Shown here in pieces: positions 1 through 9,959 of a DNA stretch of 64,000 nucleotides; positions within the stretch are counted from its first letter, which is position 1; each line of letters opens with the position of its first letter. Below the pieces are notes generated by a model. That model searched no databases. It was given only the letters and a program-made list of their open reading frames with translations, and was not told the origin of the DNA. Source of the DNA: an uncultured virus (IMG/VR IMGVR_UViG_3300046792_000272) (lineage: Duplodnaviria > Heunggongvirae > Uroviricota > Caudoviricetes); IMG/VR virus record IMGVR_UViG_3300046792_000272; one strand, written 5' to 3'. The translations under genes were made by a program, and so were the position numbers.

Positions 1-1270
1 GCCAGCTGCAGCTCGAGAAGTAGGTCTGGGCGAAGCTCGGGTAGGTGTAGACGATCGCCTTGACTCCGAGGTTGCGGCGCACCAGGCGCAGGAAGGAGCC
101 GACGTAGCGACAGGTCGCCTGTGGGTTAAGCTCGCTCGTCTCGACGTCGAGGACAGGCGGCAGGAAACCCTTGCCGTAGCCGGCGTGTCCGACCACCTGG
201 GTAAACCAGGCCGCCTCCCGGGCGCCTGTGCGGTCGGCCCTGGGCCGAAGATAGTGGTAGACGCAGGGCACCAGGCCCGCCTCGGTGACGGCACGCAGCT
301 TCTTGCGCCCGAAGCCAAAGTCGACGTAATCCTGACCCTCGGAGGCCTTGACGCAGGCGAAGCTGGCGCCGGCGTGGCGGACTGCTCCCCAGTCGATTTC
401 CCCATTGTTGGAGGAGACGTCGATGCCCCAGGCCGGGCCCTTCGGCTTGTGGTGGTGCCGGTGCTTCTTCTTCGGCTTGTGGTGTTTCGGGTGCTTGACC
501 GCCGGCGGCGCCTTGGCCGTGTGGGGGACGTGCTTCGGGGTCGTCTTGATCGGCTTGGAGAGCGGCCGGCGCAGGCGCTTCCACACCCGCGGGCTGATGA
601 TCCCGTTGACCTTCAGGTACTGCGCGTGCTGGAAGTGTTCGACCGCGACCTTGGTCGAGTGGCCGAACTCGCCGTCGACCGTGACGCTCTTGTCGCCGTG
701 GCCGCGGAGCAGCTTCTGGACCTTGCGGACGTATACGCCCTGGCCGGGGCCGCCGGAATGCAGCCGCAGGATCGGGTCGTGGAGGTTCGTCCCGGGATTG
801 GGGCGGTGGAAGACCGGAGTCCATTTGATATGCCACCACTCGCTCGGCGCGTCGGACCAGCACTTGCACCAGCCGAAGCGCTTCCCATGGAGGTCGATAT
901 AGCCACGGGTCGCCTGTGTGACGTCGATCGCCAGGCCGAGGCCGTGATTGGAGGTCCCCGGGATCGCCGCGTTGCCGCAGCTGCCGAGGCCGCACCAATA
1001 GGCGCGATAGTAGTCCTGGCGAGCCAGGGGCCGGTAGGCCGAATCGCAGCCGTTGATCGGGAGTCGCTGGCCGGCGCCGAGCGCCATCGAGTTGAAGGCC
1101 GCCGCCGCATGGTTTTCGAGCTGGCCCTCGAGGGGCGTGCACTTCACCCCGGAAGCGATCGGCGACATCGCGCTCGCCGGCGCGTCTCCATTGGTGAAAG
1201 CGGCGGCGCCCTGGGCGCCGCCGAGGATGGCTAGCAGCGCGCAGAGCGCAGCGAGGGTGGTCCGCCGCAT
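1..1270 (-). CDS. Endolysin (signal peptide, M15/VanY-type peptidase, PG-binding domain, GH25), running off the left window edge
   Basis: Colinear near-copy of 43058..44327; ATG at 1270 after GGAGG. Confidence 0.9.
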   Translation of the reverse strand, partial: MRRTTLAALCALLAILGGAQGAAAFTNGDAPASAMSPIASGVKCTPLEGQLENHAAAAFNSMALGAGQRLPINGCDSAYRPLARQDYYRAYWCGLGSCGNAAIPGTSNHGLGLAIDVTQATRGYIDLHGKRFGWCKCWSDAPSEWWHIKWTPVFHRPNPGTNLHDPILRLHSGGPGQGVYVRKVQKLLRGHGDKSVTVDGEFGHSTKVAVEHFQHAQYLKVNGIISPRVWKRLRRPLSKPIKTTPKHVPHTAKAPPAVKHPKHHKPKKKHRHHHKPKGPAWGIDVSSNNGEIDWGAVRHAGASFACVKASEGQDYVDFGFGRKKLRAVTEAGLVPCVYHYLRPRADRTGAREAAWFTQVVGHAGYGKGFLPPVLDVETSELNPQATCRYVGSFLRLVRRNLGVKAIVYTYPSFAQTYFSSCSW

Positions 1271-1318
1271 GGCGGGCCTCCTTTCGGGATTGGGGAGCCG
1301 GTCAGGGCCGGCGAGGAA

Positions 1319-2017
1319 TCAGCAGCTGGGGAATAGGCCGCAGGCTTGGCCGTGGACTTCTTCGACGACACCGTTGACGGCTTCGCCTACCTGGCCGACT
1401 GCTTTGCCGACCGGGCCCTGGTGGTCGGGACCTGTCGGACCGCTTGGCCCAGTGGGCCCGCTCGGGCCTGTCGTGCCTTCGGGGGCGGGTTCAGCATGTG
1501 GAATTTCCGGATGCGGCGCCGGGTTCTGAGATTTCGGCGGCTTTTTTGTCCCAGCCGGTGTCCCTCCGTGGTGCCCGCCCTTCGGCGGGCCTTGTTGCTG
1601 GCTTCCCTGGTGGGAAGGCTGGAAGGCATCACCCCCTCCAGGGGCCGCACTGGTAGCCCGATGCGAGTGTGTCTTCACCGAGATCCCGTTGGCCTCGCGC
1701 CGTTCAACCTCAGCGACGATCCGCGGCTCGGCAGGGCAGCCGAGGCCGGCTTTAATCGTTGTCGCACAGGCCGCTCGAACCGACTGATGTTCGGAGACCC
1801 GGGTGTGAAGCTGGTCGCAGGGATGCCCCTGCGGGTTGCGAGTGCAGGGCGATTGTTCGATCTTTGTCACGTCCTTGTGGACGTTGGTGATGTCGTTGCC
1901 CTGGCCAACGTTGATGGCGATCGCGTAGAGGGTCCCCAGGCAACAGAGGGCGACGACCACGACCAGAAGCCGCCGGGCGCGCTTCGCACTCCTGTCGATC
2001 GTCTCCGCCTCCGTCAT
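1319..2017 (-). CDS. Lysis-region membrane protein with Pro/Gly-rich (GPx) C-terminus
   Basis: N-terminal TM segment; C-terminal half homologous to 44374..44928. Confidence 0.7.
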   Translation of the reverse strand: MTEAETIDRSAKRARRLLVVVVALCCLGTLYAIAINVGQGNDITNVHKDVTKIEQSPCTRNPQGHPCDQLHTRVSEHQSVRAACATTIKAGLGCPAEPRIVAEVERREANGISVKTHSHRATSAAPGGGDAFQPSHQGSQQQGPPKGGHHGGTPAGTKKPPKSQNPAPHPEIPHAEPAPEGTTGPSGPTGPSGPTGPDHQGPVGKAVGQVGEAVNGVVEEVHGQACGLFPSC

Positions 2018-2245
2018 CTAGATCACCCCTTTGAGCAGCGCGCCCGCGAACCCGGAGGAGATGATCAGTCCCACGAGGACGTACATCACCTGCGTGTTCG
2101 ATCGAACCGTTTCCTTCAGCATCGCCACTTCCTTTCGGAGTCCGGGAACTTCCTCTTGGCCCCTGCGAAGTTCGTCGATCTCGCTCCCCTGGCGGTCCAG
2201 CTGCTTCTCGAGGAGGCGCAGCGGTTCAGATCGATCATCAGCCAC
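2018..2245 (-). CDS. Small coiled-coil plus C-terminal TM protein (holin/XhlA-like)
   Basis: GTG at 2245 after GGAGGAGG; position upstream of lysin. Confidence 0.6.
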   Translation of the reverse strand: MADDRSEPLRLLEKQLDRQGSEIDELRRGQEEVPGLRKEVAMLKETVRSNTQVMYVLVGLIISSGFAGALLKGVI

Positions 2246-2285
2246 TCTCGCCTCCTCCGGGGTCGTTGGGGTTAGGATCATCCGC

Positions 2286-3095
2286 ATGAGCCCATCAACT
2301 GCTCGAGCGGCGGGGCTGCTTTCGGCCAGCGGGGTCATCCTTCTGCTGGCCCTGGGTACATCGGGGCCGGCGGCGGCCGCCGGACCTCCCCAGGAATGCC
2401 CTGAATCGGGTCCACTGGGGCAGGGCATCGTGCTCGCCCGTGACATCAGCTGCACGAAGGCCCGGAGGGTGATCCGGTCCTTTATGAATCACGCCCTCCG
2501 GGAAGGACGACCACGTCTTTGGACGATGGGCTTCTACTGCAAGAACGTGGTCCCAGGCAATGGCCCGGGGATTATCTGCAACCGAGGCATGAAAATGGCC
2601 CGTTATCTCGGATCTCCTCCGGCCTATCGCTTGGAAGCGCAGGCCCAAACGACGATCACCTGCGAACCTTGCTCCTATCCCTACCAGCAATGGGTAGATG
2701 AAGCGAAGGTGCCGACCCCCGATGTGACGCTGACGGTTGTCGAGCACTCATGCATCACGCCCTCGGCGCCGGCATGTTCATTCCCCGAAGAAGGCGTGGT
2801 CGACTTCGGGTCCGACTTTCACCCCCGGCAGAGCTTCTACCACGAGCTCGGCCACGTCTTCGATTACTACATCCTGCCCGAATGGGCGCGGGTCCGCTTC
2901 GAGCAGATCGACGGGCAGAGCGCGCCGTGGGAAGAACCGGCGCTGCTGCACCGCTCCCCCAACGAGCAGTTCGCCGAGTCCTACGCCTTCTGCGCTCTGA
3001 AGGGGCACACCAAGACGCCCTGGATCAACGGCCAGCACGTTCCTGGCGGTGTGACGGTTCACAACAGAGTTTGCCGCCTGATCGACCGCCTTTAG
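2286..3095 (+). CDS. Secreted zincin-like metalloprotease (moron)
   Basis: Signal peptide, HELGH (HExxH) motif and downstream E.FAE; opposite strand to flanking genes. Confidence 0.65.
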   Translation: MSPSTARAAGLLSASGVILLLALGTSGPAAAAGPPQECPESGPLGQGIVLARDISCTKARRVIRSFMNHALREGRPRLWTMGFYCKNVVPGNGPGIICNRGMKMARYLGSPPAYRLEAQAQTTITCEPCSYPYQQWVDEAKVPTPDVTLTVVEHSCITPSAPACSFPEEGVVDFGSDFHPRQSFYHELGHVFDYYILPEWARVRFEQIDGQSAPWEEPALLHRSPNEQFAESYAFCALKGHTKTPWINGQHVPGGVTVHNRVCRLIDRL

Positions 3096-3676
3096 CAGAT
3101 TCCGTAACCATATAGACGGCGATTTTTTGCGGTGATAGTGCCGCTCGTCGCCTTGTATCGAGCAGTCACCGTGTATTCCCCTGCCGGGACTCCGTGAAAC
3201 ATCGGGCCTCCCGTGGTCCCAGTCGCCAGAAGAAGAAGAGCTGAAGTCGCCACACCCACCGGCCCTTCGCTGATATTCATCTTGTCGGGCGCGGTCGTGA
3301 CAAAGCACCATCCAGTCCCGATACTGCTGCCCTCCACCTGGACGCTCGCGCCACCTCCGTAGCGAGCGACCTGTGTCCCGTTGATGAATAGCGCAATCCG
3401 GCCAGCCGCTGCCACCGAGGACTCGATCTCCGCTGCATACTCGATCACCAGTAGACCCGCCGCGTTGACCGGGACTTTGATTTCATCCGGCGTGGTGAGA
3501 GTGCCATAGGCCGTATTGGTTCGACTCTCTTCGGTATTGATGAGACTCGACCGTACTGTGCGGAGGGCCTGCAGCCGGTCGGCCATCGCTTTAGAGAGCG
3601 CGGGAACGTCCGGCGGTTTGTCGGTCGCAAGGGCATACGGAATTTCGTCAGGCGCGGTTTTGCCGGAAATGGCCAT
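3092..3676 (-). CDS. Putative tail fibre / minor tail protein
   Basis: Position after baseplate genes; beta-rich sequence. Confidence 0.55.
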   Translation of the reverse strand: MAISGKTAPDEIPYALATDKPPDVPALSKAMADRLQALRTVRSSLINTEESRTNTAYGTLTTPDEIKVPVNAAGLLVIEYAAEIESSVAAAGRIALFINGTQVARYGGGASVQVEGSSIGTGWCFVTTAPDKMNISEGPVGVATSALLLLATGTTGGPMFHGVPAGEYTVTARYKATSGTITAKNRRLYGYGIC

Positions 3677-3685
3677 TTAAGTTCC

Positions 3686-4321
3686 TCAGATTTCGGTCGG
3701 CAGGATCTCGGCGAGGTCCACGAAGGACGCGAACGTGGCGCCCAGACCCGCCCAGGTTTCCCATTTAGTCGACGCTGCGATGTCGGCCCAGGTCACACCT
3801 TCAATCGCTTCATAGTCGAGCTCCTCCCAGGCCGGGACCGCAGCCCGGACAAGAGCTTTCGTCCTCGCCGGGTCGGGAGTCTGCGAGAGAAGGGTGCGGA
3901 TGTAGTGATGCCCCGGTTCCGGGGTGCGCGAGTGGATGATGACCAGCGGATCTTCGCCGGTCAGGGTCCGCTGCACGGTGAGTCGGATCACCGGATCGGT
4001 TCCACGCACCCAGCCGGTCGGCGCCGTGATCTCAGCGCGGATCTGCGCCTCGGACATCTCCGGGGTGATGACCACGCCGACGAATTGCGCCAGGTAGGGC
4101 AGTGCCGCGCCGGGACACTCATCGGGATCCAGCAGCTTCGACCAGGCCGGGGTTCCGTCCTCGCCTTCCCCGGCCAGTTCGGCCACCGGATCGATGAGCG
4201 TTTCAACCCAGGCCGCGCAGAACTTCAGCAGCGCCCAGTCATTCGCTTCGTCTTCCGTGGTGAACCAGCCGAGCGCCGAATAGAGGTCTTCGGTGAGCGA
4301 GGAGACGACGGGCCGCGCCAT
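3686..4321 (-). CDS. Baseplate wedge protein (P2 gpI-like)
   Basis: DPDECP..LPYLAQFVGV motif; follows baseplate J. Confidence 0.8.
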   Translation of the reverse strand: MARPVVSSLTEDLYSALGWFTTEDEANDWALLKFCAAWVETLIDPVAELAGEGEDGTPAWSKLLDPDECPGAALPYLAQFVGVVITPEMSEAQIRAEITAPTGWVRGTDPVIRLTVQRTLTGEDPLVIIHSRTPEPGHHYIRTLLSQTPDPARTKALVRAAVPAWEELDYEAIEGVTWADIAASTKWETWAGLGATFASFVDLAEILPTEI

Positions 4322-4324
4322 CGT

Positions 4325-5719
4325 CTAGCTCGTTACGACGATTTGGGCAGGTTCCGGGAGGGCGACGGTGCCGGCCAAGCTCACATCGGCGATCCCCACC
4401 TTCACCGCCGAGCCCGATCCGTCAGAGGTGATGTTGATCGCGGCACCGCCCACCGTCGCGGTCAGCTTGAAGGCGTTGGCTTCGGCGTCGCGCACGTAGT
4501 AGACGGTTCCCGTCGCTAGTGGCGCCCCCGGGACCAGGCCGCTCCGCAGGACGACAGCATCGCCGTTGGAGAAGCCGTGTGCGGTCGAGGAGAAGACGTC
4601 GGTCGCGGCGGCGACCGTGAAGGCTTTGCCGGTTCCCCCACCGACCAGCAGGGTGATGACCCGGCCGACACCGGCGGCGCGGTCAAGTTCAGAGATCAGC
4701 TCGTTGTAGTAAAGGGTCGTCTGGTTGGTCCAGCCGGATCCGCTGAGATCGCCCGACTGCGGCTTGCCCCATTCGGCGGGAGAGAGATAGGCGCTCAGCA
4801 CCGACTCTCCGGCAGCCGTCACGGTCGCCGGATCGAAGCCGGTGTCGACGGAGACCTTCGCCACGACGATGATCGGGGTGTAGCTGGGGTCAGCCACATG
4901 GACGTCGACCCCGGAGGGAACCTTTGCCTGCTGGCGTTCCTGCAGGATTTCCTTGACCCCGGCGCTCAGTTTGGCCCCGTCCGCGTCGACCGGGAAGACC
5001 GACACCGCGAGTGCTTCTTCTTTCGATTCGGCGGCGTTGTAGGCCTCGATCGCCTTGGCCCGATCGATCCCGGCGACTGCGCGGGCGTCGATCTCGAAAT
5101 CGCGGGCGATGATCAGCGATAGCGAGAGGAGCTGCAGCGTTTCGACCAGGCGGTTAAGGTAAGCATCTTCATCCTCCTCATCCACGCCGCCCGACGTCGG
5201 CGCCAGCACAGTGATCGATTTGACGAACGCCAAAGCGTCGATCAGCGAGGGAGTGCCTTCCAGGCCGTTGCCTTCCTCGCCCGGTTCGACCGCTTCGATG
5301 AAGATCGTTGTCGTTTCACCGCCCGGGGCGATAGTGGCGTCTTCGGCGGTCTTGAAGCCGACCGACTGGTCCCCCGTCGCCGCGATCGCCACCTGCGTCC
5401 CAGCAGGGATCGTGTAGCCCGCCGTGTCGACCATCGTCCATTGCGTGAGGGCGGTGGCCGGGGCGGCCTGGATCGGGGGGACACCGGCGATCGCTTCGCC
5501 GAATCGCTTGAAGGCGGCGGCCGAGAGGATCGAGGCCTGGTCGAAGATCGTCGCGCCGATGCGCGAGAAGGCCTTCGTCAGCCAGACCTCGAGGTTGCCT
5601 TCGGCAGGCGTCCAGTCTCCGAACGCGGCCTCTATCGCTTCATAGACTTCCTGCTCGAGCGATGTGGCATCAGCTTCACCCTCGATCGCGACGAATTCGC
5701 TAGGCACTTGCTGGCTCAC
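4325..5719 (-). CDS. Baseplate J-like protein with extra C-terminal domain
   Basis: TIPAGT, AVEPGEEGN and GGVDEEDEDAY motifs. Confidence 0.9.
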   Translation of the reverse strand: MSQQVPSEFVAIEGEADATSLEQEVYEAIEAAFGDWTPAEGNLEVWLTKAFSRIGATIFDQASILSAAAFKRFGEAIAGVPPIQAAPATALTQWTMVDTAGYTIPAGTQVAIAATGDQSVGFKTAEDATIAPGGETTTIFIEAVEPGEEGNGLEGTPSLIDALAFVKSITVLAPTSGGVDEEDEDAYLNRLVETLQLLSLSLIIARDFEIDARAVAGIDRAKAIEAYNAAESKEEALAVSVFPVDADGAKLSAGVKEILQERQQAKVPSGVDVHVADPSYTPIIVVAKVSVDTGFDPATVTAAGESVLSAYLSPAEWGKPQSGDLSGSGWTNQTTLYYNELISELDRAAGVGRVITLLVGGGTGKAFTVAAATDVFSSTAHGFSNGDAVVLRSGLVPGAPLATGTVYYVRDAEANAFKLTATVGGAAINITSDGSGSAVKVGIADVSLAGTVALPEPAQIVVTS

Positions 5720-7721
5720 TTTCGATCGTCACGCGCTTGGTCATCTCCTCAACCGCCGCCTCACCGAGCAGGTGGGCCCGCGGCTCGACGGCCTCTACTG
5801 CGGCGAGGTAGAGATCGGCATTCGGATTCGGCCCGAGCTGGGTGAAGGTCTCATCTGGGATCCCGTAGTCGGGGACGTCGAGGCGGGAGCCGGCTTCGGT
5901 GCTGAGCGCCGCAGTCACGCAATCCGTGATCTCATCCGTGCTGCCCTGCTCGACTGTCGCGGCCGAATCGCTGACCCGGAAGGGATGGGAGAAGTGCGGG
6001 CGCCCGCCCTTCGCCTTCTTCGGCGAGACGGTTTCGATCGTCGCTTCCAGCTCCCCACCCGGCTCCGGTACCGTCGTCAGCGGGGTGAGTCCGGCCGCCG
6101 CCGGCCCGAGATAGTAGCTGTTGCCGATCCCGCCTTTGTAGTCGGCTTCGGAGGCTTCTGAGGAGTCGCCCGGCCAGTCGAGCCGTTCGCCTTTTTCGTT
6201 GGCGACGATGTTGTTCCAGAAATAGACGACTGCCTTGATCCGAGGGAACTGTTCGGGCAGGACGTGGTCGTAGAGATTGCGCAGCCAGGTCGGCTTTGAG
6301 CCGCCGGTCTCTGACGCCGCGATCTCGCCGAGCATGATCGGTAGGTTCGGGGCGAGCTGGAGGAGCTTTTCGTAGCTCGCCTTAAGCAGCGTGCGGGTCG
6401 TCTTCCAGCCGACGTTATGCAGCGGGCTCGAGCACGAGTAGGCGTCGAGCCCCGTCCAGTCGACGAACTCTTCTCCGGGCCAGGTTTTGTCGATCCATTC
6501 TTCGTCGATCGTCGCCGAGATCGCATTCGGGCACCACACGAAGGTCGCGTTCGGCGCGATCGCCTTGACGATCCGGTGAAGGTACTGCCACGCTTCCTTG
6601 TGTTCGATGTGGCGGGACCACGGCCAATTCGATTCGGAGAGGTTCTGCTCCCACCAGGGCCGCACGAAGAACGGGTGGCCGAACGCCCGGGCTGCCTGCG
6701 CCCACTTGATGATCGACGTGTCGTGCTTGCCTTCGAGGACTTCTTTGAGGATGTTGGTCCCGCCACCGATCGACTTCATGACGATCGCCCCGCGTGCATG
6801 GACTGCGGCACTCGCGCCGGCGCCATAGCCGTCCCACCGCAGCCCGGCTTTCCCTTCTTCCTGTTCTTTCTTCGTGCCGGCGGTCCAGGGGTCGGAGATA
6901 TGCAGGATGCCGACCTGCTTGCCCGCCTGGGACTCATAGAGATCGAGCGCTTCGAGCCCCTGGGCGCTATAGGGCGGGTCGTCGTTGCCGATCGCCTTGG
7001 TGTCGCCGTCGACCACCGCGCCCTGGTAGCAGGCTGGCGGGCGGGCGGGCGGCGTAGTCGTCCCCGCGCCGTAGATCTCGGTGATATCCCCCGCGCTGAG
7101 CACACGGTCAAAGAGCGCAACATGGCCGATGTAGCCGTTCCAGTTCGTCGAGGCGGCGACTCCCACCTGGAAGACGCCCGCCGAGGCGCTGAAGTCTTTG
7201 GCCATCGTTTTCGCGCCCTGGCTCGCCGCGTTCAGATAGAGGATCGCGGAGTTGCCCGGGTTATCGAAGGTGACCGCGACGTGCCGCCAACCTTCTGCAG
7301 GGAAGACGCCGGCCCAGGCTGCGGTTCCGCCTTCGGCTCCATTGGCGTCGAAGTTGAATTGCAGCGGCGCTGTCCCGCTCGTCAGCCACAGACGAGCGGT
7401 GGCCGCTCCATTCGATCCCATCAGGCGGTTGTTGGTCGCGTTCGGGATCAGGTAGGCCCAACACATCAGCGTCATCGAGGAGCCGGGCGTGAAGGGGGCG
7501 TAGCTGTTGTTCGCGTCGATCCGGTGCCCGGACGCGGCGGTGTATTTGACAGCCCGCTCGGGGTCGCCGGTCAGCGGGCCTGGCTGCGCAAGCAGGGCGC
7601 CATTCTTGTAGGTGCCGTCGCGACCATGGCCGGAGACGTCTTCGGCCACTGTGGCACCGGACTCGGCGCCGGGCCAGTAGAGAATCGGCGCATGTTTCAT
7701 CACCGCTTCGCGGTAGGTCAC
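5700..7721 (-). CDS. LamG/ConA-like + GH26 glycosidase + baseplate wedge (gp25/gpW-like) fusion
   Basis: WRHVAVTFD (LamG); RPWWEQN, WPGEEFVDWTGLDAY, IMLGEIA (GH26); TEAGSR.DVPDYG...VEPRA (gp25-like). Confidence 0.8.
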   Translation of the reverse strand: MTYREAVMKHAPILYWPGAESGATVAEDVSGHGRDGTYKNGALLAQPGPLTGDPERAVKYTAASGHRIDANNSYAPFTPGSSMTLMCWAYLIPNATNNRLMGSNGAATARLWLTSGTAPLQFNFDANGAEGGTAAWAGVFPAEGWRHVAVTFDNPGNSAILYLNAASQGAKTMAKDFSASAGVFQVGVAASTNWNGYIGHVALFDRVLSAGDITEIYGAGTTTPPARPPACYQGAVVDGDTKAIGNDDPPYSAQGLEALDLYESQAGKQVGILHISDPWTAGTKKEQEEGKAGLRWDGYGAGASAAVHARGAIVMKSIGGGTNILKEVLEGKHDTSIIKWAQAARAFGHPFFVRPWWEQNLSESNWPWSRHIEHKEAWQYLHRIVKAIAPNATFVWCPNAISATIDEEWIDKTWPGEEFVDWTGLDAYSCSSPLHNVGWKTTRTLLKASYEKLLQLAPNLPIMLGEIAASETGGSKPTWLRNLYDHVLPEQFPRIKAVVYFWNNIVANEKGERLDWPGDSSEASEADYKGGIGNSYYLGPAAAGLTPLTTVPEPGGELEATIETVSPKKAKGGRPHFSHPFRVSDSAATVEQGSTDEITDCVTAALSTEAGSRLDVPDYGIPDETFTQLGPNPNADLYLAAVEAVEPRAHLLGEAAVEEMTKRVTIESEPASA

Positions 7722-7737
7722 TGACGTTCCTCCAGGT

Positions 7738-8031
7738 CTAGAAGGCTGAGTCGGGAACGGTGGCGCTCGGCTGCCACCAGATGATCACGCCGGGTCCGTC
7801 ACGGTGGGCCGAGATCACGGCGCGATCGCCCTGCTTCGGGTAGAAGACGCCGACCGCAGTGATGACCGGGTTCCACGCCATCGGGTCACAGACCTTCAGC
7901 GGGTCGAAGTTCGGGATCACGCAGGTGACCTCCTGCCCCAGCGCGATCGCGCTTTCGTTGACCCGCGCCTCGTGCAGTTCACCGGGCGGGAGCCGGACAC
8001 TGTCGGTCGTGAGTTTTCTGAGGTCGGGCAT
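7738..8031 (-). CDS. Baseplate spike/gpV-like small protein
   Basis: PKQGDRAVI motif; position between hub and wedge genes. Confidence 0.55.
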   Translation of the reverse strand: MPDLRKLTTDSVRLPPGELHEARVNESAIALGQEVTCVIPNFDPLKVCDPMAWNPVITAVGVFYPKQGDRAVISAHRDGPGVIIWWQPSATVPDSAF

Positions 8032-9959
8032 CAGTACCCCGCCGGGTGGCGCTTTGTGTCGAATTGGGTGAGAAATGCCTTGACCTGACCTGGATCGACC
8101 TTGCCCCAGCCACCTGCGGAGTTCGTGTTCTCGCCGCCGCCACCGGACTCGAATACGTTTCCGGCGATGTCGATCGCGGTGTGTTCTTCTTCGGCACTGC
8201 CGGTCGTCTTCACATACACCGTGATCTCGGAGCCCTTGCCCGCCTGCCCGAAGGCTGCGAGGCCAGTGGTGTCGAGGGGCGAGCCGATGAAGCCGCCGAC
8301 GTGGAGCACGAAGGAGACGCCCCCTGAGCAGTCGTAGGGCCCCGTGAAACCGGGGTCGTGGCCACCGCCCCAGGCATAGGGTCGCTTCTTCGCGGCCTCG
8401 TTTTCGGCAGCCTGGAGCATTCGTTCCACGGTCGCGTTGCCCGCTGCGGATCCGGTCAGGCCGCCGGCTCCGGATGCGCTCACCGTTGAGGTCTGGGCTG
8501 CAGGCTCGGGGAGCGGGGCAGTCGGTTTTTTCAGCGTGATCGTCGCGGCCCGGGCCTCGACATCGCCCGCCACAGGCGATTCGATCGCGGAGACGAGATA
8601 GCGCCCCTTGCCCTCATGGGTCTTTGCCTTCACCGCCGAGCTGATGCCCTGGACCTGGCCCTGTTTGTTCGCCCTCAGTGGGGCGTCCCCGCTTCCCAGG
8701 CTGGCGGGGCCATAGTCGGCAAGGGTCACCACCGCACCGGGGGGAGGCTTCCAACCGTTGACCAGCGCAGTGACCGTGGCCTCAGTGACCGCCTTGTTGA
8801 CATTGAAGTCGAAGTCGATGTTTTCGATGCCGTCCGTGTCCTGGTCGATCGCCAGCCGGACCTGGCCACGGATCAGTTCGATCTCATCGATGAAGAAGAA
8901 GCGGCCGGCGACGATGAAGGCCCGCCAGTTGACCTCCTTGGCGAGCCGCTGGATCGCGTCCCAGTAGGTTTCCTTCGGTTCGACTTTGAATTCGTAGGGC
9001 TCAGTGACGGTGACCGAGGTGGAGGTGGTGCCACCGCCGAAGGCTTCAAGCCATTTGCGGGCCTCTTTACCGACGCCGTCATAGCGTTCGGGGAACTTCG
9101 ACCCCTGGATGGCCTGGGCGATTTCGCCCGCCGAGGCACCGGGGTTCGCCCTGAAGTAGCCGATCGCGCCATTGCCGGTCGGGTCGACCCCCCATCCACC
9201 GGTCAGGAAGCGGTGGATGTCGGACTCGTTCGATTCCGACTTGGAGGCTGGTGTGGCCTGCAGGGGATTGCCAGGATCGAGCGACCCCATTTCGGTCTCG
9301 ACGATCAGCGCCTCGATCAGCGCGAGCGTGACCTTAAACGGAGCATGGACAGATTCGGCGATCCGCAATGCGTCATCACCGAGATTGACCTGATCGCTGT
9401 CCGCCGCATGGCCCTTGACAGTCAGGCCCTTGGTTTCGCCGATCCCCTTGCCGCGGTTGGCCTTCGCTTCTTCGCCGGCCTTCTTGCCCTGCGACTTTTT
9501 TTCAATCGGCTGTTTGTCGTGGAGCTGGGGGCAGAAGAAGTCGAGCGAGGGGTTCGCCTCGTGGACAAGCGACTTGATGAACTCGGCCCGTGTCACCTCT
9601 TCGCGGAACGCCCGTTTCGGCCCCAACACTTCGCGGATGATCGCCACGTCGCGGTCCTCGAGCGTCAGCGTCAGCGTCTTGCCGGCCTTGCTGGTCCCGA
9701 TGTAGCGAAAGTGCAGGCCGTCGACCTCCGCGTCCCATTTTTCGGAGAGCAGAGAATGCCGCAGAAAGCTCAGGTTCGGGTCATAGACCGGGATCGTCAG
9801 CGAGGAGGAGCCGTCGATGGTTCGCGTTACCAGCGGCGTCGGGGTGATCCCTTCGCCGATCTCCTCTATGAGCTTCTTCCCACCGCGAAGTACGAGATCG
9901 CCGAGGTCGGAGCCGATGCCCTGAACGCGGTCCCGCGCCGGCGCTTTAGCGGGGCTCAT
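8031..9959 (-). CDS. Baseplate hub protein with C-terminal NlpC/P60-like cell-wall hydrolase
   Basis: ETYWDAIQRLAKE hub-like motif; YAWGG...YDCSG...H. Confidence 0.75.
   Translation of the reverse strand: MSPAKAPARDRVQGIGSDLGDLVLRGGKKLIEEIGEGITPTPLVTRTIDGSSSLTIPVYDPNLSFLRHSLLSEKWDAEVDGLHFRYIGTSKAGKTLTLTLEDRDVAIIREVLGPKRAFREEVTRAEFIKSLVHEANPSLDFFCPQLHDKQPIEKKSQGKKAGEEAKANRGKGIGETKGLTVKGHAADSDQVNLGDDALRIAESVHAPFKVTLALIEALIVETEMGSLDPGNPLQATPASKSESNESDIHRFLTGGWGVDPTGNGAIGYFRANPGASAGEIAQAIQGSKFPERYDGVGKEARKWLEAFGGGTTSTSVTVTEPYEFKVEPKETYWDAIQRLAKEVNWRAFIVAGRFFFIDEIELIRGQVRLAIDQDTDGIENIDFDFNVNKAVTEATVTALVNGWKPPPGAVVTLADYGPASLGSGDAPLRANKQGQVQGISSAVKAKTHEGKGRYLVSAIESPVAGDVEARAATITLKKPTAPLPEPAAQTSTVSASGAGGLTGSAAGNATVERMLQAAENEAAKKRPYAWGGGHDPGFTGPYDCSGGVSFVLHVGGFIGSPLDTTGLAAFGQAGKGSEITVYVKTTGSAEEEHTAIDIAGNVFESGGGGENTNSAGGWGKVDPGQVKAFLTQFDTKRHPAGY

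Noticed and set aside
1387..1650. Alternative-frame ORF shared with 44442..44669 (Rz1-like embedded gene)
   Set aside because: No lipobox or signal peptide; the similarity follows from nucleotide conservation of the main frame.
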